A DNA stretch of 64,000 nucleotides from Octopus sinensis (GCF_006345805.1 NC_043019.1:25233360-25297359), one strand, 5' to 3'. Counted from the stretch's first letter, positions 50,361 through 62,309 are shown. The notes: generated by a model not told the origin, from the sequence alone. Translations and numbers: made by a program.

Positions 50361-51141
50361 ATTGTTGTTAGTATTGTTGTTGTTGTTGTTGTATAGCTCC
50401 AGGCAACCCTGATCCAGCAGATCTTTAACCAAAAGCAGTCCCACTATGACCATCCCATCTTATATGCAGACAGTGTATACTGAAGACTACAGCATGCAGT
50501 TTGTACGCCTCTTTTGCAAGATGGTAGGTGAAATAATTAGAAGGTTCCAAGTTGTCCAATCATTAAACCAAAACTGCATTTTATCCAAGCTAACCTTGTC
50601 CTCTACTAAGTCTACCAGGTTGTGAGGGGAGAGGGGCCCTGTGATTCCTCCTCCTCCTCTTGTGCATTTTCTTTGTTCTTGTACCACTTGACTGATAATA
50701 ACTACTACCTGCACCAGGCAATTTGGATGTCACCCTCTTTATTCCATTACCTCATTAACTGACTAATTAACATATGACCTACAAACCTTGATGCAAACAC
50801 TCCTATGTCAACATGCAACCTTCCCATGCAAGCCTCTATCCTTCTTTCTTCACCTCTTCTGTCTCTTCTTTTTTATTCTCTCTTTCTGTTTATTTTTTTT
50901 TTTTTTATAAATTTCAATTCTGTTTTCCTTCCCTGGGCTTCCTTACTTTACTAAATTGAAATATCTTGTTCCCAAATGAAATCCTGTAATACACTGGGGG
51001 CTACAAACTACTTTACTGTAGCAATGTATATACCCAAACTGAAATCCAGCAATATACTGACGGATGGTTAGAGCCTGTTTCTCTGTAACAATCATGAAAT
51101 TATACTGAATCACAGAACTCAGGGTTTTATACATACATGCA

Positions 51142-51172
<31 letters not shown>

Positions 51173-51493
51173 GTGAGGGTGCGTGGCTTAGTGGTTAGGG
51201 TATTCGGCTCATGATCGTAAGGTTGTGAGTTCGATTCCCGGCGACGCGTTGTGTCCGTGAGCAAGACACTTTATTTCACGTTGCTCCAGTCCACTCAGCT
51301 GGCAAAAATGAGTTGTACTTGTATTTCAAAGGGTCAGCCTTGTCACTCTCTGTGTCACGCTGATTATCCCCGAGAACTACGTTAAGGGTACACGTGTCTG
51401 TGGAATGCTCAGCCATTTGCACGTTAATTTCACGAGCAAGCTGTTCCGTTGATCGTATCAGCTGGGACCCTCGTCGTCGTAACCGGCGGAGTC
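51173..51493 (+). mobile_element. Young full-length SINE family E (tRNA head, CORE-like body, tail 1)
   Basis: A box TGGCTTAGTGG, B box GAGTTCGATTCC, GTGTCCGTGAGCAAGACAC CORE-like segment, CpG retained. Confidence 0.9.
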
Positions 51494-51740
51494 TTTTAAT
51501 ATATATATATATATTTTTTTGTTGTTTCAGTCATTTGACTGCGGCCATGCTGGAGCACCGCTTTTAGTTGAGCAAATCGACCCCAGAGCTTATTCTTTGT
51601 AAGCCAATTACTTATTCTATTGGTCTCTCTTGCTGAACCGCTATGTGATGGGGATGTAAACATACCAGCATTGGTTGTCAAGCAATGTTGGAGGGACAAA
51701 CACAGACACACATATATATATGTAAATATATATATATATA

Positions 51741-52021
51741 TATCTATCTGCTCAGTCGAAGTCGACTCTCGGTTACTCGTTGGATCAGTGTCCTCCAGTC
51801 AGTTCTATCCTGGGCCGCTTCTTTCAGATTGGCTATGTCCGTTCTGGTATCTCTCTTGATGGTGTCAAGCCAGCAGGTTCTTGGTTGGCCTCTTCCTCTC
51901 TTGACACTGACCATTCCAAGCATGATGTCCTTCTCCAGGGATTTTCTCCACATAACATGACCGAAATATGCCAATCTATGCTTGGTGATCCTAGCTGCCA
52001 ATCTATGCTTGGTGATCCTAG
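51741..52021 (-). mobile_element. 5'-truncated RTE/BovB-like LINE
   Basis: ITKHRLAYFGHVMWRKSLEKDIMLGMVSVKRGRGQPRTCWLDTIKRDT...LKEAAQDRTDWRTLIQRVTESRLRLSR* is the typical RTE ORF C-terminus. Confidence 0.9.
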
Positions 52022-52653
52022 TGGATTTGGTAGATGCAAACTGAAAGAAGCCTGTCACATATATATATATATATGTAGGTGTGAGTGTTGAACACAGTGC
52101 ACCTAAACTAACTACCAGTAATACACTGAGGGTGATTGTGTATTTCAGTGTATTAACACCATACACCTAAAGTGACACGCCAGTTCTATCCTCGTGTTTG
52201 GAAGTGTCACCATTTGACCCCTTACAAAATAATCATTACATATTTACAGTTCTGTTTCTGTGTCTTTTATGTTTCTGGTCACTGGAATGCAGTCATGCTG
52301 GAGCACTGCCTTAAAAGAATTAGTGAAAGAAATTCTGCCCAGAACTTATTTTTAAGGCTGTTACTTATTCTGTCAGTCCCTTCGGTCAAACTTCTGAGTG
52401 AGGAGGATATAAACAAACAAATACCAGTAGGTATAGTAGGGAACAAACATAAAGACATACATACAATCATATATACATATACACCCACCCACACACATGA
52501 TAGGCTTCCACACAGTTTCTGTCTATCAAATTCACAAACAAGGTATTAGTTAACAAGGTGCTGTGTAGTGAGACTGAACCTGAAACCTCATGGTCGCCAA
52601 GTGAGCTTCTTAACTACACACACACACACACACACACGTGTGTGTGTGTGTGT

Positions 52654-54222
52654 GGAATCTATCTTAATTGGGGATTGTTAATCTCAGAGGGGTTTCTTTC
52701 CTGCCCCATCTTGACAGACTTTATCAGTTTGGTGGGGTGGGTGGCATGGGTGGGGATGATAATGGGGGTGATGTTGGTATTTGTGGTGGTGGTGTCAATG
52801 TTGTTGTTGTTGGTGGTGGTGATGGTGGTGGCATCAGCAGTGATGATGATGATATTATGTTGCTGCCAATAAGCACTGATCTTTTTGACTTATGATCAAA
52901 TATGCCCCAGCCATGACCATCTCTTCTTATAATCAGACTCAGTGTATTGGAAGAACTAACTACATTATCTAATCCATTCTTCCCTTTATAAGATGATAGT
53001 GTGATGTCAGCAAGGTTTGGCTGCTATTTCTAGCTGGTCGAATGAGAGCATGTAAGAGACTTCCTCATTGACTTCTATTCTGTTGATTCTGTTGTTGTTT
53101 GTAGTAGTGATGGTCATGGTAGTATTGGCAGGATTTATTCCTCCACTCCTTATTTGCTTCAATTGTGTTTTGATAACTTATTGAATTTGAAATGAGGAGA
53201 GTCTTTATCTTTTCATAAGAGTTTTTTGACCGTTTTTCTCCTCTCCACCCCCCCCGTATCTCCGCTCCCACCCCACCCCACTATTTATTACTGCCTTTTA
53301 TTTGTTATTCACAATTTAGCTGGAATGCTTTCCTTTATCCAAACAGCTATCCAGCCCATCATCGATCCATCTACCCACCTCTCACCCTTTCTCTTTCTCC
53401 CACTTCTCTTGTGTGTGTGTGTGTGGTGTGTGTGGAATCTATCTTAATTGGGGATTGTTAATCTCAGAGGGGTTTCTTTCCTGCCCCATCTTGACAGACT
53501 TTATCAGTTTGGTGGGGTGGGTGGCATGGGTGGGGATGATAATGGGGGTGATGTTGGTATTTGTGGTGGTGGTGTCAATGTTGTTGTTGTTGGTGGTGGT
53601 GATGGTGGTGGCATCAGCAGTGATGATGATGATATTATGTTGCTGCCAATAAGCACTGATCTTTTTGACTTATGATCAAATATGCCCCAGCCATGACCAT
53701 CTCTTCTTATAATCAGACTCAGTGTATTGGAAGAACTAACTACATTATCTAATCCATTCTTCCCTTTATAAGATGATAGTGTGATGTCAGCAAGGTTTGG
53801 CTGCTATTTCTAGCTGGTCGAATGAGAGCATGTAAGAGACTTCCTCATTGACTTCTATTCTGTTGATTCTGTTGTTGTTTGTAGTAGTGATGGTCATGGT
53901 AGTATTGGCAGGATTTATTCCTCCACTCCTTATTTGCTTCAATTGTGTTTTGATAACTTATTGAATTTGAAATGAGGAGAGTCTTTATCTTTTCATAAGA
54001 GTTTTTTGACCGTTTTTCTCCTCTCCACCACACCATCCCCCCCCGTATCTCCGCTCCCACCCCACCCCACTATTTATTACTGCCTTTTATTTGTTATTCA
54101 CAATTTAGCTGGAATGCTTTCCTTTATCCAAACAGCTATCCAGCCCATCATCGATCCATCTACCCACCTCTCACCCTTTCTCTTTCTCCCACTTCTCTTG
54201 TGTGTGTGTGTGTGTGTGTGTG
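52654..54222 (+). repeat. Tandem duplication of ~780 bp bounded by (GT)n
   Basis: GGAATCTATC starts at 52654 and 53434. The copies are near-identical apart from a short indel in a C-rich tract. Confidence 0.95.
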
Positions 54223-54291
54223 AAGGGGGTGTTATCTCTTTTATTCTGTATACCTCTCTTGTTTCTATCTCTGTGTGTATGTATGTATGTA

Positions 54292-54384
<93 letters not shown>

Positions 54385-54613
54385 TAAATAAATGAACAGA
54401 GAAAATGCTTTGAGAGCCTTATCAGGCCAAATGAAGGGAATTATTTACATTTTTATCAAAAAGGTGCTACCGGTTTCAATAGTTTTTAAGATCATCTAGT
54501 CATGTTGTAAGAGAAAAAATGTTGAATTAGTCTTTCAAATATCAGTTTTGGAAATTCATATGTTTATCTTTCAAAGTTAACATGAAGCTGTTATTTTGAT
54601 TCCTTCTCTCCAC

Positions 54614-54727
54614 AATCCATTGGCCTCTTAGTTTGGAGTTTCTACAGTGCCACAACCTCTATGGAATCCATTGGCCCAGTTTGACATGTCTGAAGAAGTG
54701 GAAGCTCCAGTGTAAGAGGCCACTGGA
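54614..54727. mobile_element. Possible small MITE
   Basis: Imperfect ~22-bp inverted ends TGGCCTCTTAGTTTGGAGTTTC / GAAGCTCCAGTGTAAGAGGCCA. Confidence 0.3.
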
Positions 54728-55308
54728 CATAGGGAGAAAAAGCAACCATTGCACTCTACATTTGTATTCAGTGCTTCTCCAGGTTATTTTACAATAATAG
54801 AGACATATTCTAGAACTTTATTCTTAACCAATCAGCTTCCTGGCCACTAGGTAAGCCACAACTGCCTCATACACCACCTGACCATATGGGACATGTCATT
54901 TATCATGTAACATAATTCTGGAATTTTCTGACATTCTAACATGATGCAATATTACAGAGTGATTATGCAGAACACTAATCAATATTACATAATTATTACA
55001 CAGAAGACTAAACAACTTCACAAACTTACCATAGAAAAGCATAGGTAGTACAAACATAACTTATTCTCTCGTAATATATATGTATATATATATTAGATAA
55101 AGATAGTTATGGCCAGTCATTGGGGTTACCCAGGGTACTCTGCTAAGTACATCCCTATGCCATCTAATGAGCTGAATACTAGAATGCAGCTGGAAAAACT
55201 GACCCTGGGTAGTGCCATAGGTTGGCCATAAATAACATTCTCAATATACGCTACTGCTCTATAACTTAGAGAGTGCTTCTCTTTTGGATTTAGGATATAC
55301 TGAAGATG

Positions 55309-55342
<34 letters not shown>

Positions 55343-55358
55343 TGTATGTGTGTATGTA

Positions 55359-55416
<58 letters not shown>

Positions 55417-55603
55417 TGCAGGTGCCACTTGAAAGTACCCAGTCCACCCTGTAAAGTGGTTAGTAAAAATTCTGCTAAAACAGTCACAAGAGTCTGGTGC
55501 AGGCTTCTGCCTGGCTGGCTCTTGTGGAACTGCCCCACCCATGCTAGCATGGAAGACGGACATTAAATGATGATGATGATGAAAATATATATATATATAT
55601 ATA

Positions 55604-55787
55604 GTTAATCCAAACATGAAAACACAACAACGCGAGGACGTGGAACAAGTATTGTATTATTGGACGCTCGGGAAAGAAGGAGGGTTTAACGTTTCGAGCA
55701 GAGCTCTTCATCAGAAACATAGGAAAAGGAAAGATCCAAAGACGGGAAGACGGAGGAAAAAAATCGCCAATGGTACACACACGGTAC
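55604..55787 (-). mobile_element. Penelope-like ~184-bp element P6 between (TA)n tracts
   Basis: CpG-rich (young) with a central canonical hammerhead. Partial copy at 43687. Confidence 0.75.
55684..55718 (-). ncRNA. Minimal type I hammerhead ribozyme
   Basis: GUUU-CUGAUGA-A-GAGC(UCU)GCUC-GAAAC-GUU-AAAC. All core residues are canonical and stem III is the palindrome ACGU. Confidence 0.85.
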
Positions 55788-55847
55788 ATATATATATGCA
55801 TTTATATATATATGCATTATATATATATATGCATTTATATATATATG

Positions 55848-55921
<74 letters not shown>

Positions 55922-56330
55922 CAGTAGAATGTCTCTACATTTTTGTTGGTTTGCTGGGTCTTTGAGCTTCCATAATCTTCTTTTCTAGTGGGGTTTATTT
56001 CTCCGAGTCTCTCTAGACCCTAATTCTAAAGTCACAAAAACCCTGCCAAAACAGACACAGTAGCCTAGGGTGGTTTTCTACCTTGCTGGCTCCTATCAAC
56101 CATCTTACCCATGCATAGAAGACAGATGTTAAACGATGATGATATATATTTCACTGGGGCATATCAATACTAATAACCAGGTTTAGAACTTAATATACAT
56201 ATTCTTTAGAACAAACCTTCAGTCAAGTCCAGAGCAGTAATAAGAAATTAGAATGACAACGTAACAAGAAGGTATGTCATGCACTTCATTGACTTCAGTG
56301 CAGGTGCCACTTCCTTTATGGTATTATATT

Positions 56331-56566
56331 ATATAGGTGGGGAGCTGGCAGAAATGTTAGCATGCCGGGCGAAATGCTTAGCGACATTTTGTCTGCCATT
56401 ACGTTCTGAGTTCAAATTCCGCCGAAGTCGACTTTGCCTTTCATCCTTTCAGGGTCAATTAAATAAGTACCAGTTACGCACTGGGGTTGATATAATTGAC
56501 TTAATCCCTTTGTCTGTCCTTGTTTGTCCTCTCTGTGTTTAGCCCCTTGTGGGTAGTAAAGAAATA
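56331..56566 (+). mobile_element. SINE family B long-tail copy, 11-bp TSD
   Basis: GGTATTATATT at 56320-56330 and 56567-56577. Confidence 0.85.
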
Positions 56567-57163
56567 GGTATTATATTGTGCCTAGCTGTTTATATTGATT
56601 ATACATACACACACGCACACACTTGAAAATACCTTATATAGGTTGAAATGCTAACAGTGATAAATCTTAAGAGAAAGGTCATAAAACTCTACTCTTGTGC
56701 CATGTATTGAGTGCTAAACTCAAAAGAATCCTACTTCACTTGAACTAAATTGAACAAACATAACACTGCACACACACACACACACACACACATTTATTGC
56801 AGATTAAGCCACAGGGTCAAGTTTAATAGAGGTTTTAGATTGATTTCAAGATTTAATTATGTTAATCCTAATTTGTTTTTTTTTCTGTTAAAAGCTTGGA
56901 ATCAATGTTGGGTGACCTCCATTGTTAATCTCCATCCACATTATTGTTGAGGAGGAGTAAGAAGATGAGTTGAAGTCATATCAACACTTCTACTAAAGAC
57001 ACACACACACACACACACATATATGAATATCAGCTTGTATATACACACAGGATGGTGTCTACACACATTTCTATTAAACACACACACACACACACACATG
57101 CACACACCTATGTGCCTGTGCAAGCACACTGATATTTATTTAAACATAAACATTGTGTAAATA

Positions 57164-57482
57164 CGGAGATGTACTTGCATAGCAAGTGATTTGATCTGAG
57201 ATCGTGTGCTGGAACAAAAACAATTGCAGCGTGGAAGGTGTTTATAAGCCATTTAAGAAACACACAAAAGCCGTTCGATTCACTTCAACATTTAAGTTTA
57301 ATTTGTCAAAATATTTTCGTCGCTATAAGACCGCGACCTGTTCACTCATGGATTTTTGTCAGTGAATAAGTCGCGGTCTTAAAGCGACGAAAATATTTTG
57401 ACAAATTAAACTTAAATGTTGAAGTGAATCGAACAGCTTTTGTGTGTTTCTTAAATGGCTTACAAACACCTTCCACGCTGCA
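57164..57482 (-). mobile_element. Penelope-like insertion P7 with head-to-head inverted arms and a 12-bp TSD
   Basis: TSD ATTGTGTAAATA at 57152-57163 and 57483-57494. Arms 57220-57346 and 57361-57487 (127 bp, 5 mismatches). Confidence 0.8.
57355..57405 (+). ncRNA. Hammerhead-like fold with G3 (G3:U8 in this arm, G3:C8 in the other)
   Basis: UUUGUCA-GUGAAUA-A-GUCGC(GGUCUUAAA)GCGAC-GAAAAUAUUU-UGACAAA. Stem I is 7 bp, stem II is 5 bp and stem III is the palindrome AAUAUU. Confidence 0.65.
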
Positions 57483-58169
57483 ATTGTGTAAATATTCTCT
57501 TATTTGTGTAAAGGCTCAGTTATACAGTCCACTGATAACTGGCCCTCCGTGAGTTATGATGACGAGGGTTCCGGTTGATCTGATCAAGGGAACAGCCTGC
57601 TCGTGAAATTAATCTGGAAGTGGCTGAGTACTCCACAGATACGTGTACCCTTAACGTAGTTCTCAAGGAGATTCAGCATGACACAACGTGACAAGGCCGG
57701 CCCTTTTGAAATGCAGGTACAACTCATTTTTGCCTGGTGAGTGGACTGGAGCAACGTGGAATAAAGGGTCTTGGAAAAGGACACAATGCCCTGCTTGGAA
57801 TTGAACTCATGGCCTTATGATTGCGAGCTGAATGCTCAAACCATTAATCCAACAACCTTCACAGTCAGATGGCCATTCACACACATGCACGCATGCACGT
57901 ACATATATTCACATGCGTAAATACACCTTTATTTCCTGTACTTTGTTTGTAGCGAAAGTTTTGAGGTTGGGCCTTGGTTCAAATGTATTTTTAAAATGTC
58001 TGTGTGTATGTATGATTAAAAAATGTGTTTACCTTTTGTCTTCTTTCCCATTCTTTAAATTTTTTTCCAATAAAGGTGGGGAAATGTATAGGTGGGGCTA
58101 ATATTTAAGAAAGGAATTTCTTGCTGTTATTGTGAAACCAGCAAGTGTAAAAAAAACATTTTTGTGCAG

Positions 58170-58201
58170 GACATCGTACAAACAGGTGACATATTTGACA
58201 G
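58170..58201 (+). other. Candidate 32-nt micro-exon (DIVQTGDIFD-R/S or TSYKQVTYLT)
   Basis: Acceptor CATTTTTGTGCAG and perfect donor GTGAGT; two open frames. Confidence 0.3.
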
Positions 58202-58254
58202 GTGAGTTAAGTATAGTTTTAAAATGATCTTCTTTCTAGTATAGCATATGTTTT

Positions 58255-58610
58255 TTATATTAGACAGAGATTCCCATCCACAGATTTGTCACTGTTCCCA
58301 ATTTTTGTGAGTCCAAAGACGTCTTCATTGAATTCCAAGAATTCTCTTGATTGATTTCTGTCTGCAATAATCTTCTTCTTTGTCAATCCGTCATCGATTC
58401 TTTTATAGTTCTTAGTCTTCTTTGTGTTTCTAACTTGATTTTGCAAGAAATTCTGTCTTTGTCTCTTCATTCTCTTTGTTAAGTCTAGCTTTTCACTTTT
58501 CTGCAGTTTCTTCTTTTATTCTGTGACTGTTTCCATGAAACCAATTGCGTTGTAGTCTTTGGAGCAAGCCATGATTTTCTTTTGCAGCACCAAGTACCCC
58601 TGACATAAGA
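58255..58610 (-). mobile_element. Coding-like relic with one in-frame stop, possibly R4-type LINE
   Basis: MSGVLGAAKKIM...TVTE*KKKLQKSEKLDLTKRMKRQRQNFLQNQ...SREFLEF loosely resembles the R..QYRQNR.F..NQ...P...E...FW region upstream of R4 RT. Confidence 0.25.
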
Positions 58611-59026
58611 CTGTTCTAATATTCTTCAATTGAGATCCTACAAACTGGTTAACTACAAAGACTTTTGTTCAAAGTGATTCAATATTTGTCCTAGTATTAG
58701 GACCCAAATATATTTACGAAAACTGTTAGTATTAGAACTTTGAAGACATTTAAGATTTAATTCCTGATCACCCACCCACTCCTTTGGGGATTTAAGTGAT
58801 TGTTTTTATTTTAAATTATATATATGTAGAAACACTGCCAGATCAGACTGGGCCTGGTGCAGCCTCCTTTCTTCCCAGACCCCAGTCGAACCATCCAACC
58901 CATGCTAGCATGGAAAGCGGACGTTAAACGATGATGATGAGGAGGAGGAGAGGAGGATTTTGTTGTGTGAATCATTCTCTGATATCAATCAGCTTTCAGC
59001 AGATCATATTGGTATAACGAACCACA

Positions 59027-59400
59027 GTGGAGGCGCAATGGCCTAGTGGTTAGGGCATCAGACTCACAGTCGTAGGATTGTGGTTTCGATTCCCAGACCG
59101 GGCGTTGTGAGTGTTTATTGAGTGAAAACCCCTAAAGCTCCTTGGGGTGTGGTGGCAAACCCTGCCGTACTCTTTCACCACAACTTTCTCTCATTCTTTC
59201 TTTCTGTTTCTTTTGTACCTATATTTTAAAGGGGCCAGCCTTGTCACACTCTATGTCACACTAAATCTCCCCGAGGACTATGTTAAGGGTACGCATGTCT
59301 GTGGAGTGCTCAGCCACTTGCACATTAATTTCATGAACAGGCTGTTCCATTGGTTGGATCAACTGGAACCCTCTTCGTCGTAACTGACAGAGTGCCACGA
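59027..59400 (+). mobile_element. SINE family D with complete tail 1
   Basis: Head as at 11636 and 18953; tail shared with family E. Confidence 0.8.
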
Positions 59401-60279
59401 TGACGATGACAACAAATGAATCACATGTCTCATATATCTTGTCTCAGTGACATGTCGGGCGAAATACTTAGTGGAATTTTGTCTGTCTTTACGTTCTGAG
59501 TTCAAATTCCACCAAGATCGACTTTGCTTTTCATCCTTTCAGGACCTTGTGGAGGAGGTGTCTAAAGACTCTACTCCCCACAACCCTTCAAGAATAGTGG
59601 GCAGAGAAAATGGATGGATGGATGCACTGACCAGTCCAAGAATTGAAACCATAACCCTATGAGTGCAAGCTGAACGCCCTGACCACTACACCATCTATAG
59701 AGAATCAGGCAGCTTAATTTCACAATTCAGATGTTTTAATTGAGGTAATAAGGGCTTCAAATTTTGGCACCAGGCCAGCATTTTTTTTGAGGTGGTGGAG
59801 TAAGTCGATTACATTGACTCCAATGTCTAACTGGTATTCGTTTTATTGACCCCGAAAGGATGAAAGGCAAAGTCGACCTCGGCAGAATTTGAACTCAGAA
59901 TGTAAGGACAGACGAAGATACTGCAAAGCATTTTGTTCATGATTCTGTCTGCTCACCACCTTTATGTAATAATAACAACAGTCAAGCGCTACATGTTGGA
60001 TCTTGTATAATTTCACTGTTCCGGTTACAGATTGAATTAACAGGATAGGGGTTGGATGGCCCCTGTTTTTTTTTTAGCTGAAAGCCCCATTTTTTCGCAA
60101 ACTTCTATTGAAACATTTCGTGGACAAATGCTTATCAGTATGAATATATAGCTTAACCCTCTTGTTGTGAAGTTTAAATTTTATGGTTATTCCGGTAATG
60201 ATGTTAAATATCTACCCCTCCCCAAAGAGGAGTAGATATGTGTCGGAGACACATAAAAGGTACCCAGTACATTCTTTAA

Positions 60280-60500
60280 CCCTTTAGCATTCAAACCGGC
60301 CATATCCGGCCAGAATATTTAACCTGTTGTATATTGAATCTGACCAGAGCTTGCCTCTCACCTCAGCCTTACCATGTCATTCTAAAACTAAAAAAACCAC
60401 ATCACTGCAATCTCTAAACTACAAGATAATACATGATTAATTCAAAACAATATAGATAAACAAACATCACATTTGACAGAATAATCTGAACACTAAATGG
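60280..60500 (-). mobile_element. piggyBac-like MITE G1 (221 bp) inserted at TTAA inside a family A SINE
   Basis: The host SINE sequence ...CAGTACATTCT-TTAA-AGTGGTTGGCATT is split, with TTAA duplicated at 60276-60279 and 60501-60504. Confidence 0.85.
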
Positions 60501-61184
60501 TTAAAGTGGTTGGCATTATAAAGGGCATCCAGCCATGGAACCCAAGCCAAAACAAGACAACTTGGGCCTGGTGCAGCTCTCCGGCTCACCAGTGCCGTTC
60601 AAACCATCTAACTCATGCCAGCATGGAATACGGACGTTAGATGATGATGATGATGATGATGATGATAATCACGATAATGATCTCAATAAAATATAGTTTC
60701 AGACATGACATTCCTCAACAAAAATTAAAACAGCCTTCCAAATTTTGAGTGGGTATTTCTGATTTTCAAAGTAATGGGGAATAATCTGGATAGAGAACTT
60801 TGAGGTTATGAAAGAATTGGCCACAGAAATATTTTTTTCTCACTGATTTTAAGTGAAATATTCACAGTCTGCAGGTTAGTTGTGTTTATGTATGTATATG
60901 TGTGTGTGTGTGAGTGTGTGAGAGTGTGTGTGGGTGTTTGGTGTCTATGGGGTGGGTATAAAATAGTAAAAAGATATATAATGAGTTGGAATATCATTTA
61001 ATTTGTTACAATTAATTTGTAATTGTAACAGGAATGAATTTACATTTCTATAGAAAATTATTGGATTTACATGAAAAGTTTGCAAACTTTCCATGAAGTG
61101 GGTGATTACGGTGGTGCTGTTATTGGTGGCGGTGGTGGTGGTAATGGTGAGGGAGAGGGAAGGAAATATGCTGCTACATGTTGC

Positions 61185-61247
61185 CATCATCACCACCACC
61201 ACCACCACCACCTCTATCATCATCACCACCATGACCACCCTACCTCT

Positions 61248-61279
<32 letters not shown>

Positions 61280-61415
61280 CAATAACATCATCACTACCAT
61301 CATCATCATCACCATCATCATCACCATCACCATCATGACCATCCCACCTCTACCATCATTATCATCATCACTACCAACATCAACATCACCACCACCACCA
61401 CCATCATCCTCAATA
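61185..61415. repeat. (CAT/CAC)n tract
   Basis: Direct inspection. Confidence 0.9.
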
Positions 61416-61825
61416 ACAGCGTCTCCACAACCACCCTCACTGCACAAACTTTGGAAACTTCCCATGTAAATCCAGTAATTTTTTGTGTTGAAATGTAACT
61501 CGATTCCTGTTACCATTATTACTTAACACTAACTCAGTAAAACTATCTTTGAAAGAGCAACAGAGGAGCAGAAGGACAGATAAACAACACCCAGGGGGAC
61601 TGGGGTAGAGCAGCAGCAGAAGATGCAGAGAAGCCATAAAAATGTTTTGGAATATAGAAATAGAGAAGTCTTTTATTTCTTGACTCTAACTTTTTATGGT
61701 TCTTCTGTAATTTATCAAAGAAAAGGAATAAACCAAAGTTGTCAGAGGAGTAGAAGGTGGTAAGAACATGCACACACTTACACACACACACACTCTCATA
61801 CACATACATACTATATATACATACA

Positions 61826-61864
<39 letters not shown>

Positions 61865-62274
61865 TCATTGTTTAACATCCGCTTTCCATGCTAGCATGGG
61901 TTGGACGATTTGACTGAGGTCTGGCGAACCAGATGGTTGCACCAGACTCCAATCTGATCTGGCAGAGTTTCTACAGCTGGATGCCCTTCCTAATGCCAAC
62001 CTCTCTGAGAGTGTAGTGGCTGCTTTTACATGCCACCGGCATGGGGGCCATTCAGGCGGTACTGGCAACGGCCACGCTCAAATGGTGCTTTTTATGTGCC
62101 ACCTGCACAGGAGCCAGTCCAGCGGCACTGACAACGACCTAGTGGATGCCAGTCATCAAATTTGACTTCGATTGCCTCAACAAGTCTTCGCAGGCAGAGT
62201 TTAGTGTCTAATGAAGGAATGGCATGCATAAGTGAACTGGTTATACCCCTGGCATAGGCTACAAGGTTATGGTC

Positions 62275-62309
<35 letters not shown>

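Noticed and set aside
54462-54505. Hammerhead-like fragments on the minus strand (CTAGATGA...GAAACCGGT)
   Set aside because: No stem II and an altered core; at most a decayed Penelope-like end.
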